DNA of 64,000 nucleotides from a virus, in the IMG/VR virus record IMGVR_UViG_3300030329_005082, positions 96,001 through 160,000 of that record; one strand, written 5' to 3'. Both the position numbers and the translations under genes were made by a program. Below are positions 49,379 to 58,525 of the stretch, in pieces. Below the pieces are notes generated by a model. It had not been told where the DNA came from, searched no databases, and saw only the letters and a program-made list of their open reading frames with translations. Positions within the stretch are counted from its first letter, which is position 1; each line of letters begins with the position of its first letter.

Positions 49379-52300
49379 TTATCTTCGTCTTTGTCGTTTA
49401 GGACGATTTACTTTGGGTTTCGTGCTTTTTTTGCGTCTTTTTTTCGGGAATGAAGCAGGGGCATACCCTGGAGATCCGAGAGTTGAACCAGGCGCAAAAC
49501 CATTTCCTCCGCCCTCAACAGCACCGCCGGCCATGGTTGCCATTTCCTCTATAGCAGCATCTATTTCAGAATCTATCTGATCAGTTGGTTTAAAGATCCT
49601 CCAGATCTCTTCGCCGTCAACACTGTCAGGCATATAAGATAAAAACTCATCTTTTTTATTCAAATTGATAAAGTCGCGAATATCTTCAGCACTAAACACC
49701 TGTCCTTCTGAGGAGGTTACGGGTTCTTCTTCAATTTCTTCTACTGATATGCCGGGGTTGTGTCTTTCTGCATATGATTTGGCATTTTGGAAACGGGTGT
49801 CACCCTCATCCTTACTACTCTTGATTAATAATATTGTGTCTTGTGGTCTTGATTTGACAGGATCAGCCAAAAATTCATATACTGTTGTAACGGGACTCCT
49901 GTAGTCTGCAATCTCTACGCTTATTTTGGGAGACGCATCAGAAGATGATAAGAACTTAGACCATATTTCAAGAGATTGTTCAGCAGACACTTCTGGTTTA
50001 TCTACAGGGCTAATCAAAACCATCACATTATCTACATCTGATCTCTTTGCTACTTGATTTACAAATTCGTAATGACCTTTGTGTGGCGGCTTGAACTTGC
50101 CAGGAAATAGAGCAATTCTTTTACCTTCTTCTTCAACAAGTGGTTGAACAGATTCATTGCGTTGACCTGGCGCATCAGAGTCTTGAGAGATCTGTTGAGA
50201 CATCTCGTCAGCAACAACTTTAGATTCTTCAATTGCTTTTTGCCCGGCACCAATAGCCTGGCTTCTATCTTGATAAGTAAAATAATCATTTACATTTTCA
50301 GACAATTTAGATGTTGCTTCAAAAACCCTCTGCAAATTATCAGATAAGAATTCCATATATTGTTCAGCAACATCAACAACTCTTTCTGTGGTAATTGGCA
50401 GCGTACCTAATGTTTCATAATCTAAGCTACTAGAAACTGCCTTCAATTGTTGAGGACTGATAGCCCACTGGGTGCCGCCTGCACGCTCTAATAACAACCC
50501 CTCTGAGATGAGTCTTTTATTTTCTTCTACAGAATAAATCCTGTGGGCTGCTAGCTGTTGCGGCTCTATATCGGTACCATCTGGTAGCTCATCAGAGACA
50601 GTGACGGTTTCATCGGGTGCAGGTGGTGTCTTCTTCCTGTTTCTATACCCTTTTGTCATTTGTAAGAGTTTATATTTTTCCGGCCAATTGGAATCACCTG
50701 TAAGACTGTTGAGTTTCTTGATAGAACTGGACGGGGTGCGAGCAATTTCATAAGGAAGTGCAAATAATTGGGCGTCCTTGGTTGTACCACCTTTTGCAGA
50801 TGCAATAATTGCATTTATAAAGTTATCTCTTGTGAAAGTGAATTTTTCTAAAGCAATATTATCGCCATCTTTTCTGGCAACGATATATACCATTTGTCCA
50901 AACTCTTCTAAAGAATCAACAAGATTGGTATAACTTCCTTCAATCTTAGTTTTTTGATTTAATAATTTGAGACTGATAGGAACTGGCTGTGTGTCTTCAA
51001 GTTCTGAAAAGGCAATAAGATCTTGGATAGGTAAATTCCCTTTTTCACTTACTTCGGCTTCTTGTTTTCCACGAAACAATGCTGACAAGAACCCTTCAAA
51101 GACAAACCCAGCAGAGGCAGAATTAAAGCTCCTGATGACTGCTGATAAAGATTCTAACAAAATAAGAGTGCTGATAATTCTTCGTGGCGAGCGAATACCG
51201 CCGCGAGGATTATTAATACTATCATTTAAAAACTGAAGCTTTTCTTGGATAGTTGCGCCACCACCAACAGTGTCAAAGATCTTTTGAATTTGCTTTCTTT
51301 CCATAGACTCAGGGTCACCCCAAGCCTCAGTTGGTACAAATTTAGGAAGTGAGAGAACAAATTGTTTTGCTTTTTCCCTCTTAATATTTCCCTCATCTTC
51401 TGTTAGGATATTTCTAGGACGGGAAATACTTTCATTTGCAACGGCTGGGGAAGTTCTTCCACCAAATTTGAACATTCCAAGAATCTGATTTAGAGGTGCA
51501 AAATTTCCAGAAAACTTATAAGTGTGACCATCATAATCAAAAACAACAGCCTCAACAGGAGTGGTTATTTGTGAAAAGTCCTTAATCTTATTCAGGTGCC
51601 TTTGCATCACCTCCATGGCAGCCGGGTTTTCTGGACCCATTGCTGTCAATTCTCTGACTGCTGTTGCTAATTCATCTCTTAGGCGAATTACTTCTTTATC
51701 TGTGTCTGCAATGAAAACACTATCAAGTCCCTTTAATAACTCTACAGCAAAATCATGAATAACTATTTCAAGTGGTTCAATCGCTTGTTGTAACAAGGAT
51801 TTTTTACTGTTGATTACATTATTTAGATCCTGAAGATCTTGTGGGTTCAGACCTTTCTTAAGGGCTCTTAATCCAATATTACCGGGTAATTTTAAGAGAT
51901 ATTTTACGATCCCATCTTTCATATTATCTGGTAATTCTGTATCAAGACCGTGAAACAAACGAGAATATAAGTAATCAGTCATAGTGGAATCGTCGGATAA
52001 TCCATTTTGAGATATTTCACGATTTATCTTCTCTATAGAAGACTTAAGGACTTCTTCATCTTCCATTTTTTGAAGTTGTATAATAGCCTTTCTGGCAAGA
52101 TTGAACCTATTGTCAGATAGTTGATCTTGCATTCTTTCTAAAGAGTTATCAATTATTTCCAATGATCCGTTTGGAATAGGACGCCGTTCTCCGGTTTCTT
52201 TATCAAAACGAAAATGACCCACTCCATGTATCTTGAGAGTCTTATTATCATATTTTATAACATTTACAGACCCTGGGTCGTTAGAGTCGCCTTCGGTGCC

Positions 52301-52681
52301 AGGGTCCATAATCTCAGCGTTATACCAAATATTTGCGTCAGATCCAAAGACTTTTTCTTTTTCCTCATCAGACAGCGCCTCAACAGCTTTTTCAAATGCT
52401 GCAAATCCGCCTGTAAAAGCCTGAGTCAAACCACCTCGTCCTGCAAATTTTGTAGCTAGACCTTCAGCATCTAACCCTCCTGACATAAGGTTCCCCTTAT
52501 TTCTGGCTCCTTTTGCTTTTCCTTCCGGAATAGAATAAGAAAGAAAAAGATTTTGCCCGTCTACCTTCTCTTCGGCAGTAAGTTCTGCGTCAGCAGCAGC
52601 CTTCAGAATCTCTTTCATTTTTGCAAAAGTTAGACTACGGTTATCGTAGAGGTGGTCCATGTGACCTGCAACGCCACCCAT
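49379..52681 (-). CDS. 1100-aa fusion: ATP-dependent ligase-like domain + PD-(D/E)XK-like domain + HxGH nucleotidyltransferase
   Basis: EKVDG (I), NAE (III), EAVVF (IV), YKF (V); GFVFE...PIQD...ISLK; FPGKFKPPHKGH...SAEDIR. Confidence 0.65.
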   Translation of the reverse strand: MGGVAGHMDHLYDNRSLTFAKMKEILKAAADAELTAEEKVDGQNLFLSYSIPEGKAKGARNKGNLMSGGLDAEGLATKFAGRGGLTQAFTGGFAAFEKAVEALSDEEKEKVFGSDANIWYNAEIMDPGTEGDSNDPGSVNVIKYDNKTLKIHGVGHFRFDKETGERRPIPNGSLEIIDNSLERMQDQLSDNRFNLARKAIIQLQKMEDEEVLKSSIEKINREISQNGLSDDSTMTDYLYSRLFHGLDTELPDNMKDGIVKYLLKLPGNIGLRALKKGLNPQDLQDLNNVINSKKSLLQQAIEPLEIVIHDFAVELLKGLDSVFIADTDKEVIRLRDELATAVRELTAMGPENPAAMEVMQRHLNKIKDFSQITTPVEAVVFDYDGHTYKFSGNFAPLNQILGMFKFGGRTSPAVANESISRPRNILTEDEGNIKREKAKQFVLSLPKFVPTEAWGDPESMERKQIQKIFDTVGGGATIQEKLQFLNDSINNPRGGIRSPRRIISTLILLESLSAVIRSFNSASAGFVFEGFLSALFRGKQEAEVSEKGNLPIQDLIAFSELEDTQPVPISLKLLNQKTKIEGSYTNLVDSLEEFGQMVYIVARKDGDNIALEKFTFTRDNFINAIIASAKGGTTKDAQLFALPYEIARTPSSSIKKLNSLTGDSNWPEKYKLLQMTKGYRNRKKTPPAPDETVTVSDELPDGTDIEPQQLAAHRIYSVEENKRLISEGLLLERAGGTQWAISPQQLKAVSSSLDYETLGTLPITTERVVDVAEQYMEFLSDNLQRVFEATSKLSENVNDYFTYQDRSQAIGAGQKAIEESKVVADEMSQQISQDSDAPGQRNESVQPLVEEEGKRIALFPGKFKPPHKGHYEFVNQVAKRSDVDNVMVLISPVDKPEVSAEQSLEIWSKFLSSSDASPKISVEIADYRSPVTTVYEFLADPVKSRPQDTILLIKSSKDEGDTRFQNAKSYAERHNPGISVEEIEEEPVTSSEGQVFSAEDIRDFINLNKKDEFLSYMPDSVDGEEIWRIFKPTDQIDSEIDAAIEEMATMAGGAVEGGGNGFAPGSTLGSPGYAPASFPKKRRKKSTKPKVNRPKRQRRR

Positions 52682-52682
52682 A

Positions 52683-52922
52683 TTATTTCTCCTCGTTCAG
52701 AAGTTTCAATTGCTCTTCTAAAGAACTTACACGCTCGTTTAGAGATCTTACATGGCGTTTAATAGAGCGCAGGTGCTCTTTGGCTACCGAGAGACGATTC
52801 GTGTCTCTTTTGTTTGTAACTCTCACGCTCGTAATAATATCATATAACGCCTGTACAGACGCAGCGGGATCTATTTTTAGTTCTTCCTTTAATAGAAGAG
52901 CTTTAGTCAGCTTTCTTAGCAC
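52683..52922 (-). CDS. Hypothetical 79-aa coiled-coil protein
   Basis: GTG start overlapping the upstream gene; LLKEE, LNE, LEE motifs. Confidence 0.6.
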   Translation of the reverse strand: MLRKLTKALLLKEELKIDPAASVQALYDIITSVRVTNKRDTNRLSVAKEHLRSIKRHVRSLNERVSSLEEQLKLLNEEK

Positions 52923-53124
52923 TTGACTTCTTCTTGGCTACTTTTTTAGCAGGAGCCTTCTTGACTTTGGGTGCTTCTTCAGCAGCAGCTTCAACTTCAG
53001 CTTCTGGCTCAACAACGGGCTCTGCTACTGGAGCAGGTGCTGGTTCTGCTACTGGAGCAGGTGCTTTACCTTCAGCAGCTAGGGCTGCGGCGCGACGACG
53101 TTTTCTTAATCCTGGGCTTGCCAT
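52903..53124 (-). CDS. 73-aa low-complexity protein (basic N-terminus, Pro/Ala/Glu middle, KKAPAKK tail)
   Basis: AAGGAGG SD, own ACTATTTAT box at 53166-53171, strongly biased codons. Confidence 0.75.
   Translation of the reverse strand: MASPGLRKRRRAAALAAEGKAPAPVAEPAPAPVAEPVVEPEAEVEAAAEEAPKVKKAPAKKVAKKKSSAKKAD
53021..53065. repeat. 21-bp direct repeat, 24-bp period (APAPVAEP x2)
   Basis: tctgctactggagcaggtgct at 53021 and 53045. Confidence 0.9.
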
Positions 53125-53193
53125 TTTAATATCCTCCTTGGGGAAAATGAAACGAATATGTAATATAAATAGTTACTAAATTCTTTCTATGTC

Positions 53194-53949
53194 CTATGCG
53201 GAGCCTGATTCTTTAATGATTACTTGCCCATTGACAATATCAAAGTAGAATTTAGCATAATTTCCTTGCCTATTTGTACCATTCATATATAAGTAATTTC
53301 CAGACCCTGAAACATATATGTCAGCGTGTGTAAGCAAGGTATCGCCATCAAATTTAAACCAGGGGTCATCCACTTGATCGCCAAAGTCTGAATATGGTAC
53401 TTCTTTGATTACAGTCCCGCCATTTTCAATTGTAAACTCATATTTGGCTGCGGAGCCAGATTCATTAGTTCCGTGAAGATATAAGTTGTTTCCAGAACCT
53501 GAAATGTATATGTCTGCATTCGTAAGCAAGGTATCGCCGTCAAAGGTCAACTCGTAGTCACCCACATTGTAGTTGAAACTGTTTCCTAAGCTAGCACTTA
53601 GTAGCGCAACGGTTCCTGAAAGAGATACATAAGAACTTGAAAGCGAAGTATAGGAACTTGAAAGAGATGAAAAATCAGAAGATAAATTGATTACCTTACT
53701 ATCAACAGATAAGATTTCAGAATTATTCACAGAAATATCATACATGCTGGAAGAAAGTGAAGAACTCAAAGATGTGATAGATGCATTGATAACAACGTTA
53801 GAATCCTCTAAAGAATCAAGTCGGTTCTCAAATGCAGCAGACACTATTTCCATTGATCCTGTTATATTTTTTTCATCAATGAATTTGGCGACTGCTTTTT
53901 TCATAGCATGATGAGCAGAAATATGTCCTAAGCTTCTTCTTTTCCCCAT
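53194..53949 (-). CDS. Short fibre-like protein: Ser-rich heptad stalk plus two tandem 64-aa beta modules
   Basis: SSLSSSYTSLSSSYVSLS heptads; FDGDTLLT.ADIY.SGSGN.LY..GTN twice, 192 nt apart. Confidence 0.6.
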   Translation of the reverse strand: MGKRRSLGHISAHHAMKKAVAKFIDEKNITGSMEIVSAAFENRLDSLEDSNVVINASITSLSSSLSSSMYDISVNNSEILSVDSKVINLSSDFSSLSSSYTSLSSSYVSLSGTVALLSASLGNSFNYNVGDYELTFDGDTLLTNADIYISGSGNNLYLHGTNESGSAAKYEFTIENGGTVIKEVPYSDFGDQVDDPWFKFDGDTLLTHADIYVSGSGNYLYMNGTNRQGNYAKFYFDIVNGQVIIKESGSA

Positions 53950-53961
53950 TTGACTATATCT

Positions 53962-54414
53962 TTACTCGGGGTTGATGTGATAGCCCAGAGATTCATCTGA
54001 TAAGCTTATTTGGGAATGTCTATCAACATACCCAAATATATTGAGCGCACTATTTAGGTCTGCTTTTGCGTAAACGCTAACGCCTCTGTGAGGTATGCCA
54101 GGATATACTTGCATTAGTCCGACTTCTTTATCAACATCTATTTTTACAGTTTTTGATGGATCAGAAAAACTACCATCACCGCCGATTTCTAAAGTTAAAA
54201 ATCTGTCAGACGTTGTATAGTTAGATACCCAAAGGAATACCTCATCGTAAGTATAATTTGTAGCTTGATGTACTAATACTCCAGCCGTAGTAATACTCAA
54301 AGGAGAAGTATCCGAATCCCCAGAAAGACCCAATCGCGAAACAGGAGATGGTGAGCTTTTAAAAGCTAATCCATTAATAGAAGGACTAGATGGTTGATTT
54401 CCTAATTTTGCCAT
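53962..54414 (-). CDS. Small beta-rich virion accessory protein (putative)
   Basis: LSG...TTAGVLVHQA...DEVFLW.SN...LTLEIG...FGYVDR pattern recalled from phage structural proteins. Confidence 0.5.
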   Translation of the reverse strand: MAKLGNQPSSPSINGLAFKSSPSPVSRLGLSGDSDTSPLSITTAGVLVHQATNYTYDEVFLWVSNYTTSDRFLTLEIGGDGSFSDPSKTVKIDVDKEVGLMQVYPGIPHRGVSVYAKADLNSALNIFGYVDRHSQISLSDESLGYHINPE

Positions 54415-54459
54415 TTTTCAAACCATCCTCCAGAAAAAGATTCATTATATATATTTCAT

Positions 54460-55350
54460 TCAACGAAAAGTGTTTTCAAGCTTTAGGTTCATTTCTTCAA
54501 TCCATATTCTGTCAACCTTGGTGTTGACATTGGGTGTTTTGTTTGCTTTTTCCCAAAGCTGCATTTCTCCTTTAGCGATTGCCTTCTTGAGAAATACTTT
54601 AATAGCGACAAGTGGAGAAGATAATCCAACATTTTCAATAACAGAATATCCTGCAAATATAACCCCAACCAGTTCGTTGTTTTTGTTTATTACAGGAGAT
54701 CCACTTGAGCCAGGTTTAGTTGGAATAGTGTAAATAGAGTATCCACGATTATGGTAACCGGAAAAAATACCTTTAAAAATCAACACAGATCCAGGCCAAA
54801 ATAATCCGTGCGGTGCTGCCATATTTATAACAGTCTCTCCTTTTTTTGGTTCTTCACTTGCTACCTTTAAAACAGGGTGTTCTGTATAAATGTCTGAGAC
54901 TTGTAATAGGCATAAATCAAACCTGTCGTTTATATCAACAACTCGGGCTTTATATTCTGTTCCCTCCAGATCTACTACAGTAAAAGTAGACCCCTTGTTT
55001 ATTACCTTGTATCCATCAATATTTTGAACTTTAGGTATCTTATTCTCGCAGGAATGTCCGGCAGTCATAACATAAGAAATGCTCTGAGAAACCTCACTGC
55101 GGAAAACAAATGCACCAGAAGATACATACCTCATCATTGCTTTTTGGCAAGCTATTTTTTCGGTTTTTGGATCTTTTCCGCAGCCCTCAAGCTCAATTGA
55201 GTGTTTGATTTGTGTGAATGTGTGTCTTGGTAAAATCTCTTTTTTATCTTCTTGATTTAAATTAACTGTAGCACATCCACTGACACAACTAGACAAACTA
55301 AATAACGAAATTATAAGAAACTTGACGTAAATTGGTGTTTTTTTCTGCAT
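54460..55350 (-). CDS. Trypsin-like (S1) serine protease, probable lipoprotein
   Basis: TAGHSC (His), DLCLL (Asp), PGSSGSP (Ser); signal with LSSC lipobox-like Cys. Confidence 0.88.
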   Translation of the reverse strand: MQKKTPIYVKFLIISLFSLSSCVSGCATVNLNQEDKKEILPRHTFTQIKHSIELEGCGKDPKTEKIACQKAMMRYVSSGAFVFRSEVSQSISYVMTAGHSCENKIPKVQNIDGYKVINKGSTFTVVDLEGTEYKARVVDINDRFDLCLLQVSDIYTEHPVLKVASEEPKKGETVINMAAPHGLFWPGSVLIFKGIFSGYHNRGYSIYTIPTKPGSSGSPVINKNNELVGVIFAGYSVIENVGLSSPLVAIKVFLKKAIAKGEMQLWEKANKTPNVNTKVDRIWIEEMNLKLENTFR

Positions 55351-55357
55351 AGCATAG

Positions 55358-55383
55358 TAACTAGATTGAAAGGATACTATTTA
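55358..55383. promoter_or_regulatory. Back-to-back divergent TANTTA boxes
   Basis: TAGTTA on minus (55363-55358) and CTATTTAT on plus (core 55378-55383), each facing its own gene. Confidence 0.55.
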
Positions 55384-55419
55384 TCCACAGTAAATCAACA
55401 CAAATCATTTACTAAAGGA

Positions 55420-55686
55420 ATGGAATTTCAAATGATGAGCACCATTATGTTATCTGGTCTTTTGCTTTTTTCTAGTCAAAGTCTTGAATTTCCTAAAGTT
55501 TGGCAGAAAATACAAGGACAATGGTCCTATGTTGGTCAAGTTAAGGAAAAAACACAAATTTTGATTTGGATAGAAAAGAAAACAAAAACCCCAAACAATA
55601 AGATACTTACTAAAGAGATAAAGAAGATGCCATTTATCACTTTATCACCAACGGGAGAGGTGTTGAATCTAGATCCACTCCCATAA
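55420..55686 (+). CDS. Small secreted protein
   Basis: Hydrophobic signal IMLSGLLLFSSQS; start ATG 55420 or 55432. Confidence 0.6.
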   Translation: MEFQMMSTIMLSGLLLFSSQSLEFPKVWQKIQGQWSYVGQVKEKTQILIWIEKKTKTPNNKILTKEIKKMPFITLSPTGEVLNLDPLP

Positions 55687-55699
55687 GGAGCGGTCTTAT

Positions 55700-56170
55700 A
55701 TGTTCAAACTTCTAACAAGAAGAACTACCCTTTTAGGTATCTTAGCCTTTACGGCTGCTGTTTCACTACATTATCAGATTAAAGCAAACAGTCTATATCA
55801 AACAGTCTTCAAAAAAGAATCCACTTTTTACACACCCGGTCAACACGGAAACTGTAAATGGGTGGTTCATATAAGTAATAAAATTACAACAGAGCCAGGC
55901 GATAATTCTGCGGCTCAAATAGGCATTCCAGAAGTAAGCAAAGATGGTTATATTGCCGGGATACTTCAAAATGGTCCTGGGAACTCTTTATTATTTGCCT
56001 TTAAGCTTCCCACCCAGTCCGGTGATTCTCCTCCATTTATCATGACTGCTACATACAATCTGGAAGATTTACCACTAAAGCAGATAAAATTTAGGGTATT
56101 CAATAGTACAGCTATGACAATGATTTTATATTCTACATACGAAAGTTGTGTTGAGGCTACAATGAGATGA
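55700..56170 (+). CDS. Secreted or membrane-anchored hypothetical protein
   Basis: TAAGGAG SD; signal peptide MFKLLTRRTTLLGILAFTAAVSL. Confidence 0.7.
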   Translation: MFKLLTRRTTLLGILAFTAAVSLHYQIKANSLYQTVFKKESTFYTPGQHGNCKWVVHISNKITTEPGDNSAAQIGIPEVSKDGYIAGILQNGPGNSLLFAFKLPTQSGDSPPFIMTATYNLEDLPLKQIKFRVFNSTAMTMILYSTYESCVEATMR

Positions 56171-57426
56171 GGCAGATCTCTATAATTCTGTCTTGTTTAA
56201 TACTTGCATCATGCCAAGCTTGTTTAGATGATGACCAATTAGTCGCCCTAGAGTGTGCGCCAGGAACTATTCAGGTGTGCGACCATAACGGACAAATACT
56301 CACCTCTCTTAATCACAGAGACCCTCCAGAAAAAGCAGGCGTTTGCAGGTATGGAGCCAGAACTTGTACATTTGATGGTTGGACAGAGTGTGTTGGTGCC
56401 ATAGGTCCATCGGAAGAGGTTTGTGATGGGTTAGATAATGACTGTAATTTGCTAGTGGATGATAATTTTCCAGAACAACACCAATTATGTGGCTTTGTTG
56501 AGGGTGCCGATTATGGTGTAGGGGTCTGTACACCAGGCGTCATGAAATGTGATAATGGATCTCTTTATTGTGATGGTCACGTTGGTCCATCCGAAGAGGT
56601 ATGTGACGGATTTGATAACAACTGCGACGGCTCTATAGATGAAGGTGTTGCTAATACAACTGCTATTGTTTGTTATGATGGCCCTGACGGGACGATGGCA
56701 ATTGGTGAATGCCGGGCTGGTGTTCGTTATTGTACTGATGGTGGTTTTGATGGACCCTGCGATGGGCAGATTTTACCAGTACAGGAGATATGTGACAATC
56801 TTGACAACGATTGTGATGGAGAGGTTGATGAAGGGTTTGATACCCGTGGAGTAGATTTAGTTTTTATAATTGATATTTCTGGCTCGTTTGATGATGAAAT
56901 AGACTCTATGATAGAGGGCATTACTCCGCTTTTAGATGACCCGATCACTAGTAATTTTCGCTTTGGTTTAGCTGTGATAGGTAGACAGAACCTTGGGAAT
57001 TATGAACCCCCATTGAACCGACATTCTGAAATGGTGACAGATTTTGTTCCTGCTGATGAATTTCTGCAATACCTTGAAGGGATGCGTCTTTTAGAGGATG
57101 GCGGCATAGAACCATCTATAGATGTAACTCTGTGGTCAATGGAAGGATTATATCCTTTTTCGTGGGATTTAGGGAATCAAAAAGTAATAATCTTAATGAC
57201 TGATGAAGTCGCGCAAACGATTACAGGAAGAGAAGTGACCCAAGTGAATGATCATGCTGTGCAGAATGGTTTTGAAATATTTGTTTTTGCTCTCCCTGAA
57301 CATCATCATTCGTTCTTAGGAATGGTTCGTGATGACCAAGATAGATTATATACTCCCGCTGTCAACTCACAAACAGTTTTCCAGCAGATTAGACAAATAT
57401 TTGAAGATTTATGTATCGGTGGTTAA
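56167..57426 (+). CDS. Lipoprotein with three MopE-related Cys-rich repeats and a C-terminal vWA domain
   Basis: LASC lipobox; E.CDGLDNDC, CDGFDNNCDG.IDEG, CDNLDNDCDG.VDEG; MIDAS DISGS, E..I, ILMTDE. Confidence 0.85.
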   Translation: MRQISIILSCLILASCQACLDDDQLVALECAPGTIQVCDHNGQILTSLNHRDPPEKAGVCRYGARTCTFDGWTECVGAIGPSEEVCDGLDNDCNLLVDDNFPEQHQLCGFVEGADYGVGVCTPGVMKCDNGSLYCDGHVGPSEEVCDGFDNNCDGSIDEGVANTTAIVCYDGPDGTMAIGECRAGVRYCTDGGFDGPCDGQILPVQEICDNLDNDCDGEVDEGFDTRGVDLVFIIDISGSFDDEIDSMIEGITPLLDDPITSNFRFGLAVIGRQNLGNYEPPLNRHSEMVTDFVPADEFLQYLEGMRLLEDGGIEPSIDVTLWSMEGLYPFSWDLGNQKVIILMTDEVAQTITGREVTQVNDHAVQNGFEIFVFALPEHHHSFLGMVRDDQDRLYTPAVNSQTVFQQIRQIFEDLCIGG

Positions 57427-57854
57427 TCCTCTAGGGGTTCTACAATTTCATCAGATTCTTCTTTATTTTCACCTTTGCTAGAATCAAAATCAACCTCAAC
57501 GGTTTCTTTTCCTTTCTCAAAAGCAAATCCAACATTTCCGTTGGTTGTAATGAATTTGCTACCACTGCCATCTTTTTTGAACTCTTCCTCTAGTTGGCTA
57601 TACATGTATATTTTAATGTTTTCTTTAAGAACTTTTGCATTATTCAAAAGATGCTCAACTATAATTTCTAATCTTTCAGCCATCTCAAGAGATTTTTTAG
57701 GATCTCCATGCTTGAGACTTGTTAGTAAAAGTGGAATAACATTGGGATGGCTTTTTTCAAAAGCCTCTATTGAATCAAGAGCTAACAGATGAAGAAACTT
57801 CCCAGCTTTATAATTTTTGATATTTAACTTTAGTTCTATATCTTTAGGTTCCAT
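57423..57854 (-). CDS. Hypothetical protein
   Basis: ATG 57854 after GGGGGAG; TAGTTA box at 57881-57886; stop overlaps the convergent lipoprotein stop. Confidence 0.65.
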   Translation of the reverse strand: MEPKDIELKLNIKNYKAGKFLHLLALDSIEAFEKSHPNVIPLLLTSLKHGDPKKSLEMAERLEIIVEHLLNNAKVLKENIKIYMYSQLEEEFKKDGSGSKFITTNGNVGFAFEKGKETVEVDFDSSKGENKEESDEIVEPLED

Positions 57855-57883
57855 TTTATCTCCCCCTAACATATTATCTATAA

Positions 57884-58438
57884 CTAGTAATTCTCTTCTA
57901 CATGTTTCCTTATAATTTCTTTAATGGCTTCCTTTTCTTCTTCAGTTTCTGCATGAGCCCATGACCAAGCCAAGGTCAACTTGATATCTCTTGTCTCTGC
58001 TTCTCCTTCTTGGATATATTTTTCTAATTCTTCTGAGATATCTTTAGAATCAATATCACTAGTGTCAATGTTTAAAGTTGAAGCAATGACAAATAAGGTA
58101 GCTAGGTCTCCTTCACTGTATGCTTCAGAGGCATCTGAAAAATATCTTGTCAAAACATCAGAATCTACTTTGTCGGGATGTGTTACTTTTGAAATTCTTC
58201 TATACAGTTTTTTCATGTCTTTAGACTTTTGTTTTTTTTCTTGTTCTATTTCTTCATCCTTTTCCTCTTTGGACAGTTTTTTAGCTCGGTTCATCATTTT
58301 CTCATATTCATCTGGGAAGTCTTTGTAAAACTGTTCTTTGAATTTCATAAACTTTTCTTGAGTTTCTTCAAGATCTTCTGACACATACTGTGCATGAAAT
58401 ACTAGTTTTTTTATATTTTTGGGACTTTCATCGGACAT
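57884..58438 (-). CDS. J-domain (DnaJ-like) protein
   Basis: KKLYRRISKVTHPDK, helix II plus HPD motif. Confidence 0.8.
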   Translation of the reverse strand: MSDESPKNIKKLVFHAQYVSEDLEETQEKFMKFKEQFYKDFPDEYEKMMNRAKKLSKEEKDEEIEQEKKQKSKDMKKLYRRISKVTHPDKVDSDVLTRYFSDASEAYSEGDLATLFVIASTLNIDTSDIDSKDISEELEKYIQEGEAETRDIKLTLAWSWAHAETEEEKEAIKEIIRKHVEENY

Positions 58439-58442
58439 GTCA

Positions 58443-58448
58443 TAAGTA
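58443..58448 (-). promoter_or_regulatory. Putative late-promoter box, 4 nt before ATG (leaderless)
   Basis: TACTTA-TGAC-ATG directly after a terminator. Confidence 0.6.
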
Positions 58449-58454
58449 TCTTCT

Positions 58455-58489
58455 TAAAGAAAGAAGGGGCGGCATAAAGCCACCCCTTC
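58455..58489 (-). terminator. Rho-independent terminator of the coiled-coil operon
   Basis: GAAGGGGTGGC-TTTAT-GCCGCCCCTTC then TTTCTTTA. Confidence 0.88.
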
Positions 58490-58525
58490 CAAAAAACCTT
58501 TACTGATATTTAGTACTATTACTTA

